Assembly (NCBI RefSeq): GCF_035594765.1
Contig: NC_085841.1
Location: 47,351,636 to 47,415,635, forward strand
Direction of reading: 5' to 3'
DNA from: Anolis carolinensis
Lineage: Eukaryota
DNA length: 64,000 bases
Part shown: one piece after another, positions 1-12,925 of the stretch
Layout of the letters: each line of letters starts with the position of its first letter
Numbering within the stretch: position 1 is the first letter of the stretch
The notes under the pieces: generated by a model
Told to the model about the DNA's origin: nothing
The model's input: the letters and a program-made list of their open reading frames with translations, nothing else
The model's database searches: none
Translations under genes and position numbers: made by a program

Positions 1-3000
1 CTAAGGCAATTATGCAACTAGGGAAACAAGTCAATGCTATAGAAACAATAGCCCCAAGAGCAATTGAAATGAAGGGGGAGGGCAGGAGCAGGAAACCACA
101 GATGCTACAACTATGAGGAACGGAAAGAAGGCACTGTTGGCATATTGAGCTGCTTGTCTAGCAGATGAGTCTTATGAGCTTATGTGCCTGAAGGAAGTAT
201 AGAGGGAATGCTTCCAACATATGGAAGACAGTGGTGGAGCACATCCTCCTCGTTCAGTATTTTCAAACTCCGTTTAAAAGGCTCACGCTGCAAAAGAAAA
301 TATCTCTGTGTGAGAACAGGGATGTGTTAGAAGTTTGTTCAGTTTGCATTTCAGTACAAAATTACCAAATGTGCACAACTTGAATTTGCTGGAACTTATT
401 CTCTGTGTCCTCCTTTTAAAGCTAACTTTACAGTATTAAACATTGAGAGACTCCTTTATTAGGCTGGGCTGCTAAAGTCTGCATCATGCTGGTCACCACT
501 GGGAGATTGGTTATATTTTGGCATCATTCATGCCAACCCCTTTCCCATTGCGAGGTAGATTTAGAATGCTTTACCACAAGCAAGTCCAACAGTGCAGCCT
601 CCTTACAGTGACGCTGGTATCAGAGCTCATAACTTGGGCTGAAGCCATCTATTTCAGGAGGCAGTTTCTCTCCAACAAAGCAGCAAGCTGGGGCCTCTGA
701 ACATCCAGCAGCATTACAGCAAACAGGCCATCTGCTGACTCTGTAGTGGGGCTGGGTAAGTAGCAAAGCATCAAGTTCCATATGGATCAAGGATGCCAAC
801 TGTGAAGGCGTACTTCCAGGTGTCATGGTAAAAATATCGTGGTTGGCAGAAAATGACTACAATTTACCCTCAGATTATAAATAAGAATATCACATTAGAA
901 ATAGAGTAATGGAACGGAACGAGAGTTAAATTAGTGCTACACTAAATGTTGTAAGATCGGATCAGTATAAAAGTTGCCATTGAGAGAGTATGTTGGGGCC
1001 AATCTAACTAGTAAGCAGAGTGAGGCAACTACTTTTAATGGCAGATGCTGGTAAAGACATTACAGTGGTAGCTCTTTGCCATTCCACATGTATGTCCCAG
1101 TCTGCCCTTCACCCCAAAATACCCTGATACTTCAGGCAATTGGTGAAGGACCCAATACTATTTCCATTGTTGAAATAAAATTCAGTTCTTAATCCATTGG
1201 ATGTTGGTATATGGAATGAAACTTAGATGCCATTGTTTGTATCAGGTAAGAAAATGCCCTAAGATGGCTGTGGCCCAAATGCCCACTTTCATTTATGTTA
1301 AGGACATATATCAATCCTTTTGTTAGCTTTCTTGAGCAAAGGAGATGAAAATGCAACTTGTATGTTACCGATTAAATGATGTTCCAGAAGGATTTGTGTA
1401 CTGAATCATGACATATTATGTGGTAAATATGGTGATGTCACAGCACCCACATGGCCAGCCCTACTTGACCAACTAATAGTGACACTGACAGCAAATGAAA
1501 TCTTTGATGTACTGCATGTGGTAAAAATAATACATATACTCCCTTTCTTGCCATGATGAAGTCTCAGTTCCATGTGATCATGAGTAGTAACAAATACCTA
1601 TAATGTTTTTGAAGGACATTTTAATCATGCTTTAAATGTTTAAAAAAAATCAAAGGAGCTTACAGTGAAAACAGATACAAGAAAAGCAATAATTAAAAAT
1701 ATAAAATGATATAAATTAAAAGCAGTTTATTAAAACCAGAGGTAACTGAAAGCTAATGCTTGAATGGAATGGCTAGGTGAACAATACTTCAATGTAGCTG
1801 TGGAGCAAATGCTGTTTTTTTAAAACAGAAGGGATTGATCTGCATACAAAACAATATTTTGTGCTCAGAAAGCACATTTTCTGCCTAGGACTTAATATTT
1901 CTGTCTTGAAATACTATTTTCCATGCAGAAGATGTCATTTCGTGTGAAAAATAAGGGGTTTTTTTAATTCTAAACAACCATATCTGAATTATGTTCAGAA
2001 CAAATCTGCAATTACAGCTGGTCTTGGTAAAGCAATTAATACCTCTGTAATGAAATATTATTTTTTCAAAAAAAATGCATTTCTTATGCAAAAATAACCT
2101 TATGTGAATTTTGCACAGAATAAGGCCTGAATTGCACATAACCTTCAGAAATTACATGGTTTTCAATGGTTATTTGCAATTCATAGCTTTTGTGCAAAAT
2201 TCACATATGGCTGTTTTTGCACAGAAAACTGCATGGTTTTCAAAGGCCTCTTTGTAGTAGCAAGAAAATTGCTGAAATTACTCATTGCTAATTTCAAGGA
2301 GAAACTTAGTGAAGAAATATATTCCCAATTGAAAGCAGAAACACCCAACCCTGGGAGCAAACCTCCTTTCAGCATGAGAAGTAGTAAATAACTAGGGTGG
2401 AAACCCAAAATAGGTTCTTGGTTTATTTTAATAATGAACACAGTTTGATAAAGGGAATTAATCAAAGGGAAAGAAAGTATAGATGAGATGCCTAGGAAGT
2501 ACAGATGTTGCAATATCTTTGTGAAGGAAAACAGTGCCATATGTTCTTCCAAGATAGCAAGGTGGGAACTTGTGGGACATGCCTTGCTCTCAGTTTTATA
2601 CTCCGTCACCACCCTTCACTAAGAGCAGCATGTAGAGAAGAGAACAGCCAACAACCAACCTGGTTTTCAAAGAGCAAGATATTCTAGCACTGTGTGAAGT
2701 CATTTCATGGAAAAAATAATCTGAAAGTCTGCATAGCAAATATATTTCTTTTGCAACAAACAGTATTTTCTGTGCGTACGAGTGGCATACTGTTCTTATC
2801 AGCTTGCAATTCACTTTTTAAATATACGAACATAGGACAAACTGGTCAGCTCTGACTTGAGGGAATAATAAAAGGACATAAATTTGACATTAAGAAAGAA
2901 TACACAGAAAAGCCTATAGGGGGAACACTTTAACCTTATTGGCATTAAGCTCTGACTGTTTTGTTTCTGCTTCATTCAAAAGGATGGCTAACAATAGGAA

Positions 3001-4202
3001 ACTGACTAAATTATATTTGATTAAGGCATGGTCATAATCTCTGAGCCAATGCAGAGTGAAAAACAGTTGCTCAGTTTCTAAGCAACACACAGAGTCAAAG
3101 TAGTGACAATATTATTTTTTAACATCACATAAGTATCCTAGCAGTGAGAACAAGATTTGGTGGCACTTCTTAACAAGTGTGAATTTCTATAGCTTGAATT
3201 GTGAGATTTTATGATCTTACTTTTCTAAGATGCTGCTTTAAAATATAATTATAAAATCACAGTCATCCCAAACAATGTAGTAATAAAAAAAACTGGTAAT
3301 TAAATTTACAGAACATGACCACAATCCCATGCATAGTAACCTGGGAGTAAGCACAAGTAAGCTGTTTTTCATTATTATTATTTTGGTGCTCTACAGGTTT
3401 AACTTGTAAAATACATTTGGTATCATGGTACTATTATTCTGCTTCTTCTTTCTAATTTCTGAAGCCTCTTTCTCTCATTTATTTTCTTGTCAAGGTGGAA
3501 GTAATGGAGGCTCTCCCTGACCATGCATTTATTGTCGCAGGATGTTGTCGATGTATTTTCACAAGTAGAAGCATGAACCTCAGGATGGACTTTTTGTTTT
3601 CTGATAACAAATCTTTCCATGGTGAATTGGAAACAATTATAACTGAGAAAAATTCAAAGCAAATTGAGCAAAATTCAAAGATATAAAGACGGGCATGGCA
3701 AATCATTGTTGAAAGCATTCTACAGCCCAGTATAGTGGCTTAATTTAGACATCTGACATTTTAACGCTAGCTCATATTGGTTCAGCTCTCCAGATATACC
3801 TGTTACATGTGTTGTTCAGCTTCAAACTTACCTAATCACCTCTGAGCATGGCAGTAGTTGAACGTCCTTTAGGTTTAGTTGCATCATAACATACAATATT
3901 ACTCCTACCTCTTCTCCTCCCCAGCTAACATACAATTTATTTTGGCTCATGAGGTATATAAAATTTGTGAAGGCAGTTCTCTCTATTCCTGGCATTGAAA
4001 TGCAACCTAAAAAATAAAGAACTAAAGGTGTTCTGCCTTTTTATAGTATCCAAGCTCTGTTGCTTGAGTTAGATCCCTGGCTTTTACCAAACTAGAGGAG
4101 CCCCTAGGAATTTTTATTGACTTTGGCTTTTTTTCCTTACATCCAATTGTGCAATTGTTAGGCTTCTCACACCTTCCTATCATGTCAGCTCACTGTCGTA
4201 CT

Positions 4203-5110
4203 CTTTATTTATTTCATGTCAAAAGCATTGCACAATAAATAAGTTTAAAACTGATAAAATAATGGAATCACAAGCAGCTAAATAGTTTTAGACCAAAAGC
4301 GGGCAACAGCAACCACGTTGTCCATAGCTTTAAACAGCAACTCCTCTGTACATGAGGCAGGACATTGTGGGCAAGCATACCTATGTGGAGTTGTTTGTTG
4401 TGCTCCACAGTCACACAAGGTGGAGGATTCCTCCAAGTAGTGCCATCTTGCCAGGTTGTCTTTTGATCTGCCCACTCCGCTTCTGAGTCTGTTCAGGGAC
4501 TTCCAAGTTGTCCATTTCTGATTTGCCCCTGGAGAGACCCTGATGGGGGGCATCCTGTTGGGATGGCCTGGTTTAGCTGCCCAGAGGGATACTCTTGCTG
4601 TTGCTGGAGGAAAATTTAGAGGACTGGTGAAGCTTTTCCTTGATGTGAGTCTAAAGGAAGGAGGCTGATAGCCATGTAGTGGATGGCTTTCACAATTATC
4701 AACCTTATTTCTCTCACAGTTAGCAGCAACTTCCCGTCACACATCGGGGGAGCAATGCCAGCTAGCTTGTAAAGTTTCTCAACAGGTTTAGGTTTAAGGC
4801 ATCCTGTGATTATTCTGCACGTTTCATTCAGTGCTATGTTCACTTGCATCACATGGACAGACATGTGACAGACAGGACAGGCATAGTCAGCAGTTGAGTA
4901 AGACAAGGCCAGGGCTGATGTTCTTATTAATTTTGGGTCTGCACCCTATGCACTGCCTGTAAGTTTCTGCAGGATGTTATTGCTTGCAACAACTTTGCGC
5001 TTGGTATTCATGCAGCGTTTCCTAAATGTTAATGTTCAATCTAAAGTGACACCAAGATATTTAAGATGGAAACAGTGTTCGAGTTCTTAGCCTTTCAGTT
5101 TCCTGTTGGC
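4203..5110 (-). mobile_element. 5'-truncated Vingi/Ingi-type non-LTR retrotransposon (RT C-terminus, Cys-rich C-terminal domain, 3' UTR and tail), frameshifted
   Basis: Minus-strand ORFs 4616-4906 (YSTADYACPV...LNETCRIITGCLKP...LAGIAPP) and 4278-4553 (WKSLNRLRSGVGR...CDCGAQQT...CPQCP) match the Vingi/Ingi C-terminus. (TAAA)n-like tail at ~4203-4215. Confidence 0.8.
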
Positions 5111-6309
5111 GTGGATTCATACAAGTATCTATAGTGTCACAGTTGTACTGTGACACTATAGATACTTGTATAAATTCACACCATGTACACACCCTTCCCC
5201 TTCCTCATCTTCCACTCTGGTGTTGAATGTTCCTCTTTCATTTGAATTGTGTTTTGGGTTTGCACCCATATGAAGAATGCAGAAGGAGACAAAGGCTATC
5301 AGACTTAGGAGCCACCTGATAGAATCTTGGGAATTATGCTGAGAGGGGACTATACAAGTGACAGGTGATGGAAATGTCAGATGAAGAGATGACTTGGGCA
5401 TACAGATAACAGCTTCATTCAACTGTCACCGAGAAAGGAAGAGAATGATGGAGTGCCCCAGGTTATAGCTGGGAAACATCAGCACAAGAAAATTAATAGT
5501 ATAGTAACCAGACCTTGGCACCCTCCTGTTCATCAGCTGTCTTTTACTTGGTGACAATGTGGAAAAATAATATATATAATATTGTGGGTATGAACGATTT
5601 TTTTCCTCATGGAACATTTGTTCCTGAGACTATTTGTGTAAGAATGTATTGGTATTTATTTGTAGATTTAAAAAAAAAACAGGTGTATTTTAACCAAACA
5701 AATATAAGCACTGATTTCTGATGGGAAGGTTGGGTAGGATGTGTTTTTTATATACAAATTAGTGACAGGAGAGAATATAACCTTTTTTTAGTTTACAACC
5801 TGTGAAAGCAGGAGAATAATGATTTCTTTAAACTATATATGTGTCAGAAAATAATGCAGGGAAATTTATATGAAATATCTCATTTTGAAACAGGAAGACA
5901 GAGATAGTATTTAACAAGTGCTACAAAGTGAGAGACCAGAGCAAATAATTCATAGCTTACTTACTAGCAAATTGAGTCATTTTTACATCTCTCCAAATAT
6001 CTGCAAACAGACCGGTGCCTTGTACATTTTTATTATTTCATTACTGTTTGGAGAAAATGTACAGGTATTATGAACAGTACACTCTATGCGATTTTTAGGG
6101 GACATTGTGCAGTCATAAAGAATCATGTCCACATGATATTTCTATTTCCTTCAAAATGATTATACAGATATCTCTGGCTCAAATATTCATGTGTTTTACT
6201 ATAAAAGTTTGGTTGCTCTAGTGCCTATAGCCTTTAAATTCCCCTTTCCATGTGTCCAAAACACATGGGTATTTATGAAGTGACATATAGAAGCTTCCAA
6301 AACAAATTA

Positions 6310-6860
6310 TCGTATTTACTCTAATCTAATGCTCACCTTTGGGGCTAAATTACCAACCCAAAATTAGGATGCACATTAGATTTGTATAATAGATTTTAGT
6401 GCCAAGCCAAAGCAAAAGGGGAAGATACTTTAAGGAGCACATGAAGTTCCTATTTGAGGGATGTCATCTCTAATTTAATTGCAATTGCTCAATGCTGTGC
6501 ACTTCTGGAATTTGTAGTTTGGTGGGGCATCACATTTTTGGCAGCTCCCATGATCCCAAACTACAGCCCCCATAACCCCATAGCATTGAGTCCGATCAGT
6601 TAAAGTGAATTCATTCTACAGCGTCAACGCATCCCAAGGTTTTCCTTTTCATAGCTGAAAGCTTTCGTGTTCTAACACTTTTGTTTTTAAAGAAGGAATA
6701 ATGAACATGCAGCCATTGTAATGTGTACCTTTTTTGGCTAAATGACAGAATGCAATTTTTGCCATTACACATTACATTTGCCAGCAAATATTTTTGGTTT
6801 CAGGGTTTTGAAAATTGTGCATTAGATTCAATGGCACATTAGACTCAAATAAATACGGGT
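6310..6860. mobile_element. Degraded Tc1/mariner-pogo-type MITE with a nested palindromic Harbinger-like MITE (~6470-6635)
   Basis: Inverted ends tatcgtatttactctaatctaatg ... cattagactcaaataaatacgggta. The internal segment matches the gctcaatgct...tgtagttt...aaactaca...catagcattgag family. Confidence 0.55.
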
Positions 6861-7677
6861 ACAGTACTTTTAAAATACCTCAATTAACATTGGTATATTT
6901 ACGCCTTTCACATAATTCACCCAGGTCCATAACTTATCCAAAGCAGCAGGGCTGTAGATAGGAATAATAAGGAAAAGACCAGAGACAATACTTTAAATAG
7001 AGTAAAAATGGTATAATTTATTCAATTGGAACTTTAAAATAGTTCCTATGTTATTAATAGCAACCAGATTTACCAAGTCATGCTCTCTGTATCCCAAGTA
7101 CCATTTTTAAAGCTAGAAAGATATGTTTCAACATAAAAAATTCTAATGCTTTGTGTCATATTCCCTTTTTGGACTTCACTAGGTTTTACACAACTCTGTG
7201 ATATATTCAATTTTTTTCTTCCTTTTTCTCGTATTTAGCATATGGCTGTCCTGATTTTTTAGTTTCATGTGGGCATGGAAGGGCTGATCCTACTATTAGA
7301 TAGAGTGAGGCATGTGCATCAGGCATCTGATGCTGGGTTGCTGGTTGGGGGGGGGGGGCAGACTTTTGGATGTTCCTCCTGAACTTACCATCTGCTGAGG
7401 GTCAAAACACTGTATGCCATACATCCTGTCCTTCAACTCTTAGATTGGTGCAGGATTCTGAAATAAGATAAGTCAGTTTCTGGTGTGGATGGAGAAGAGT
7501 TCTTAGCCTTGGGCAGCAAATGTACTGGGGCATTCTCTAATTTGGACTCAAACCCAAGACTCACTTGCTACTCTCTCTAATGGACCAAGTTAGTGTGTGG
7601 TGTATTTCCTGCTAGGCTAGTGTGTCACAAAATATGATGATTTGTTGCCAGTGAAGGCAGATACAATAGTGTTCCAT

Positions 7678-7830
7678 TTTATTTATTTATTTATTTATTA
7701 TTCAAACTTATATGCCGCCACTCCCCTAGGGCTTGGGGTGGCTTACAAGAACTGGCTAAAATCTAACAATTTAAAAACATCTTTTAAAAAAATCTTAAAA
7801 CATCCTAAAAGCATCTTTTAAAAACATCAA
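7678..7830 (-). mobile_element. L2-type LINE 3' end with (TAAA)n tail
   Basis: (ttta)n followed by gccgccactcccctagggcttggggtggcttaca, the reverse of the gtaagccgccc.gagtccc...ggcgg...aataaa 3' end seen elsewhere in the window. Confidence 0.6.
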
Positions 7831-8613
7831 TAACAGAAATTAAAATTTTGTGACGATGAGGCTGAAATCATAGGAAGACATGTATGTCTTACTTCTTTAT
7901 ATATAGGTATATATAATATTGGGCATACATCGAAAGAGTGAGAACAATATTTGTTGAGAAAATGAGGAAAGTTAAAGGTATAGTTGAAGGGAGGGAAAAG
8001 GAGCAGGGGAAAAAGGAAGGGGGGGAATAGAAAAAAGAGAAAAAAGAAGAAAAAGAGAGCAAAAAACAACAACTACCAATCCAAGTTACAAATATATGTA
8101 TTTATTAGGCTTGAGCGATCCATGAAAAAATTGATTCTAAACTCGTTTCAAAAGTAGGGAGCGCCAGCGTTTCATTTCTGATGTCATTTCCGAATTTTGC
8201 CCCCCAAAAAATTCAAAATTAACGAAAATTCGTTAGTTTCAAAAGTAATTCGTTAATGGCGGACGCGCATGCGCAGTGGCAAAAAAAAACAGCACGAGGG
8301 GAGATTTTACAGGACTCTCCCACCCTCATTTTTGAGTGATCTTCTTCAAACTTGGTACAGTGGTAGAACACATTTAACACTGATAGCTCACCAAAATTTG
8401 GAACGTTTCCCTTATCCTCTGATTTTTGGCGAATTTTCATAGCTTTTATAATAAACCATTTTTTAATAATTGCAGAAATCTGTTCCTGGTTTGAAAGTCT
8501 TATTTCCTGTTAAATTGGGTTGTCTTTACTGTGAAAGTCATTGTTCTACTTCAGAAACTTTGTTTTTGTGGCTGAAACTTTGTTAAATTGGTGTGTGTGT
8601 GATATATACCGTA

Positions 8614-8672
8614 ATATATATATATATATATATATATATAGAGTCCCTGCATATGTGTGTGTGTGTGTGTGT
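8614..8672. repeat. (TA)n and (TG)n microsatellites
   Basis: Read directly from the sequence. Confidence 0.95.
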
Positions 8673-8675
8673 ATA

Positions 8676-9004
8676 GGTAAAGGTAAAGGTATCCCTTGAC
8701 GTTAAGTTCAGTCATGTCTGACTCTGGGGGTTGGTGCTCATCTCCATTTCTAAGCCCAAGAGCCAGTGTTGTCCATAGACACCTCCAAGGTCATGTGGCC
8801 GGCATGACTACATGAAGTGCCATTACCTTCCCGCCAGAGCGGTACCTATTGATCTACTCACATTGGCATGTTTTCAAGCTGCTAGGTTGGCAGAAGCTGG
8901 AGCTAACAGCGGGCACTCACTCTGCTCCCGGGATTTGAACCTGGGACCTTTCGGTCTGCAAGTTCAGCAGCTCAGTGCTTTAACACACTTCGCCATCGGG
9001 GCTC
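8676..9004 (-). mobile_element. Sauria SINE, full length
   Basis: Reverse strand starts GAGCCCCGATGGCGAAGTGTGTTAAAGCACTGAGCTGCTGAAC (tRNA-like head) and ends in (ACCTTT)n. Confidence 0.9.
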
Positions 9005-9110
9005 ATGTATATATAATATACATACACATACACACAATGTGGAGAATATGTGGAAAGGTAGACAGATAAGTTGGGAGCCACAGCGAAGGCACCTTCCTGG
9101 GAGCAAGGTC

Positions 9111-9152
<42 letters not shown>

Positions 9153-9164
9153 TAATAATAATAA
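9111..9164. repeat. (TAA)n microsatellite
   Basis: Read directly from the sequence. Confidence 0.95.
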
Positions 9165-9324
9165 ATCCCTTACAATATCCAAGATGGCTCACTGCTACAG
9201 AATCTTGGGAGCTTTAGTTTGGTATGGTACCATTATTGGCAGAGAAAGCTAAGCTGTAGGAGTTGAAATCCAATCATTTATCCTCCCTATAGAATCAATT
9301 TTATATGCATTTTTAGCTACAGAA

Positions 9325-9678
9325 AAGCTAAAATCAGGACAGTAAAAGAACAACACCCAGAAAATGGGAATTCCAGACAGGGCCAGCTAATACCTCCCAA
9401 CAAAGGATTCCCCCAGGTAGGAAGCAGCCAGGCTTTGAAGCTGCAAGGCTATTCAATGCTAATCAAGGTGACCAATTGCAACATTCACACTTGCCTCCCA
9501 CAGACAAGAGTTCTTTCTCCCACCCTGGACCTTCCACAGATATATAAACCCCACTTGCCTAGCTTCGCACAGATGTCAAAACCTCTGAGTATGTCTGCCA
9601 CAGATGTGGGTGAAACGTCAGGAGAGAATGCTTCTTGCACATGGCCATAGAGCCCGGAAAACTCATAGCAACCCAGCC
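9325..9678 (+). mobile_element. Penelope-like element pLTR/3' fragment with a mutated hammerhead motif (9582-9622)
   Basis: Homologous to the 3' part of the GIY-YIG-bearing copy at 16410-17280. The core reads CTGAGTA instead of CTGANGA. Confidence 0.85.
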
Positions 9679-10184
9679 AGTAGGCTGTTGCTGAACAACC
9701 TATGAACTTTTAGCATTAAAGGAAAAAATGCCCAAGATTTTATCACTTAATACTGTTGGCATGTCTGGAGAAGAAGAATAGAATGCTTCTATACCAGGCA
9801 AGGGCAAAATTGTAGGAGTTGAAATCCAAAACAATTTGACAGAAAACTGGGAGTTGTAGTTTGGCATGGTACTGGCTCTCTTCTGCAGGGAAGGCTAGGG
9901 ACTTTGTAAAACTACAGCTCACATGATTACATGGCACTGAATCTGTTGCAATTGAGCTGGTGCCATAATCCTTTCCGGGAGATCTCCTCAGTGGAGATAT
10001 CTCTTAAAGGGATATCCTCTGGCTCTAAGGACTCCGTTTAGGAAGGCTTGCCTGGCTCTGGTATTCCCCTTTAAGCCAGTGGCTGGAAAGTCTGGAAAGA
10101 AGCAAAACCAAACACGCGGCTCCAGAGGAGAAGGCCAAGCGCAGGCAGGCATGTCTCTTCTCTCTTCTCTTCCCTCCCTCCCTG

Positions 10185-10218
<34 letters not shown>

Positions 10219-12823
10219 AGAAGGGAAGCGAGAGCAATGCAGAAGGCTTCTACTGAGCCGGTGGTGGTGGGGGGGGGGGGGCGCGTCTCAATGGCATTTT
10301 TAAAATGCTAGCAGATCGATGGCCATGCCTCTCCCTCCCTCCCTCTTCCGCTTTGATTGGCTGAGAGGCATGCCAACATGGCTTCTCCTCTCAGAGGGTC
10401 TACAGCTACATCCGAAGACATCAGAAACAAACGAAAAAAAGGTACTTTTATTATTCAAATTCGTAATATTTGTAAGGCAGTGAGCAGATGGTTCAATATC
10501 AATTCAAAAGTAATTATGAAACGAATTTTAAACTAATTTAGCGAACTAACGAAAAATTTGCTCAAGCCTAGTATTTATATGTGACTTCCATCTTAGCCTT
10601 TGCATTTCCAGTTCTTAAAAAAAAAAAGAATATCTTTATCAGGAATAGAGAAAACAAAAATATTGTCATTGGCATAAGATAAGTCAGTAATTCTTTACTT
10701 CTTCATTCTGAAGGCGTAAAAAAAAACCCACAAGAAAGATAGGGTGAGAAGCACAGAGAAATCAACCTTTGTCTTTTGGTTTAATGCTATTCATCTTCTT
10801 TTCCTTTCTTATTCCTCTACTTTGGACCAGTCCGTGTATTTTATCGGATTTCCTGTGTTTTTCTTTCGTAACAAGGTTAGTTTATCCATGTCTTTAATCT
10901 CTCTTACTTTCTGGATCCATTCTTCTATGTTTGGTATTTTCTTTTTGCTTCCACTGTTTTGCAAAACTAATTCTGGTGGCTGTGGTCAAATATGTGAACA
11001 AGATATCGTCGTTGGTGTCTAGGTGAATATCCAAATCAGTTATACCCAATAGGTAGTATTCCAGTTTCCTGGGAAATTTTATCTTAAGAATTTGTTGGCA
11101 TGCTGCATGGATTTTCTCCCAGATTTTTTTTTTGTTTCTTTACATGTCCACCACATGTGAAAGAAACTGCCCTCTTGATCCTCTGCATGTCTTACTTCTG
11201 AATTATCATCATTATAACAAGTTGGAAGGATATTTTGCTATAGAAATCTGTTTAAGGTAGGACCAGTAAGTGAGTAAGTGACCTCCCTTGCCAACAAGGG
11301 ACATTGTATCTAATGCCAACCAAGTGAATTTGGCACATGAGGCAAAAATCCTACAAGCAATTCTCCCTGGCAGTAAAACTATAATAACGAATTAAATAAT
11401 TTGCTGTCTCTTCATAATACCCAAAATCTCCTGCTTGCAGCAGTCACCACATTCTGCCTAATATTAGTGCTGGCTCTAATTTTTATGGGTTCATAAGAAT
11501 TCATGATCATCTCTCCCTGATGAAAAGATCACTATCTTTTATTGAAAAATACCTGCACACTTAATACATTAAATATCTTAAGGCAATTTTGTTTTGGTGT
11601 GAATTGTTTTAGCCCTCTGACAGCTTTGTTTATAAAAGGATAGGAGCCCAATTTCAAGCTCCCTCTGCTCTACCTCCTACACTGATGGGAAATTGGTCAT
11701 TTTGAGAAAGCTGTTCTGTCAGCTCATGCTTCCCCCCCAGCTGCTGATGTAAGCTAACTGCTCTTTTCCATGGCTGAATGCCATTTATAATAGAAATAAC
11801 TGCTTACTAATTAGCAGCTATATCTGTTAACTGCTTATTTGTTAGAGCATGAATTAGTAACCAGCCCTTTGTTGGGTTATAACTCTTCACAACTCTGGAA
11901 ATGATTCTTGTTCATATAGTAGATCAATACCTGCCAACCTACCCTTTACAAATACATTTCTCCCTCCCCTGGATATCGTATCTCCTTTACACCGCGCTTT
12001 CTGATTCCAGTGAGATGAAGCAGGGAGACGGATGGTGGTGACACCTCATAGCAGGTGGTCCATTGTGTACTATGATGTATTAATGGGTGTGATTGTTAAG
12101 GCAGTTACATTCTTTAATGACATAGTGCAATGCCTTTTAGAAAATTGCTGATAACTATATAACGCAGCTGCTGCTGCTATATGCATGCGACTAAGAAAAA
12201 GGCTATACAGCAATTATCCAATAAACAGCATGGAGTAAGGTCTTGCAGCAACTTGTACTCCAGCATGTCTTTTCATAGTTCTGTAAACTAAGATTTCATA
12301 TTCACAGAGAGATTATGGGAGATATAATTTCTTCTGTTGTTGCTATAACTCAAAAGGCAATGTGTTTTAATAGAGATCAGGAGACAGCCAATCAAGTCAG
12401 TAGCTGGCCTACAAAAACATTGTAATGTCTTCTTCTAAATGGATGACTGTGAGAATAAGACAAGGACTGTAACGTGTAGGAGACAGAGATGGGCAACTTC
12501 TAAGAGCATGATATCTGGGAGGCTAGCTCTCTCTGCTTCCAATTCCTCTGGTCCAAAATTGACCAACCGCATCTCTAGGTTCTGGGCAAGGGCAGGTATA
12601 GCCCTCCAGGGCTCTTACTTTTATAGATAGGGAGGTAGATAGACAAAAAGATAATATGCACATTTTTGCTGCCCAATGCCCCCTGGAGGACATGAGGGAA
12701 ATTTCACCATTTAAAACATTTTAAAAGTTGATTTACTTGTGTTGTCGAAGGCTTTCATGGTCGGGATTGCAGGGTTGTTGTATGTCTTTCGGGCTGTGTG
12801 GCCATGTTCCAGAAGTATTCTCT

Positions 12824-12864
12824 CCTGACGTTTCGCCCACATCTATGGCAGGCATCCTCAGAGG
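12824..12864 (-). ncRNA. Minimal type I hammerhead ribozyme motif (intact)
   Basis: Reverse strand reads cct-CTGAGGA-t-gcctgc-catagat-gtgggc-GAAAC-GTC-agg. Confidence 0.8.
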
Positions 12865-12884
12865 CTGTGAGGCATGAATCACAG

Positions 12885-12925
12885 CCTCTGAGGATGCCTG
12901 CCATAGATGTGGGCGAAACGTCAGG
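12885..12925 (+). ncRNA. Minimal type I hammerhead ribozyme motif (intact)
   Basis: CTGAGGA at 12888-12894, helix II gcctgc/gtgggc, GAAAC at 12915-12919, GTC at 12920-12922, helix I cct/agg. Confidence 0.8.

Larger units (their letters stand above)
8106..10570. mobile_element. Non-autonomous hAT DNA transposon, 2465 bp, with multiple nested insertions
   Basis: TIRs TAGGCTTGAGC (8106) and GCTCAAGCCTA (ends 10570). Perfect 8-bp TSD GTATTTAT at 8098-8105 and 10571-10578. No transposase ORF. Confidence 0.9.
7895..11185 (-). mobile_element. L1-type LINE 3' fragment (ORF2 C-terminus plus 3' UTR), interrupted by a hAT element
   Basis: Reverse translation of 11180-11040 gives DQEGSFFHMWWTCKETKK / WEKIHAACQQILKIKFPRKLEYYLLGI, the His-x4-Cys end of the L1 ORF2 zinc knuckle and following region. 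The left boundary is approximate. Confidence 0.7.

Noticed and set aside
518-840. GC-elevated, exon-like stretch with short ORFs
   Set aside because: No recognisable protein in the frames examined and no convincing splice-site pair.
995-2800. Old MITE/hAT-like remnants (similar ones at ~7280-7535, 11258-11475, 14538-14750)
   Set aside because: Too degraded to define termini or TSDs confidently, so not listed as features.
3423-3620. MERFVIRK... resembling a DNA-transposase N-terminus
   Set aside because: Only a few residues resemble it, with no downstream domain or TIRs identified.
8930-9004. tRNA gene (also at ~21470 and ~43030)
   Set aside because: These are tRNA-derived SINE heads without a complete cloverleaf.
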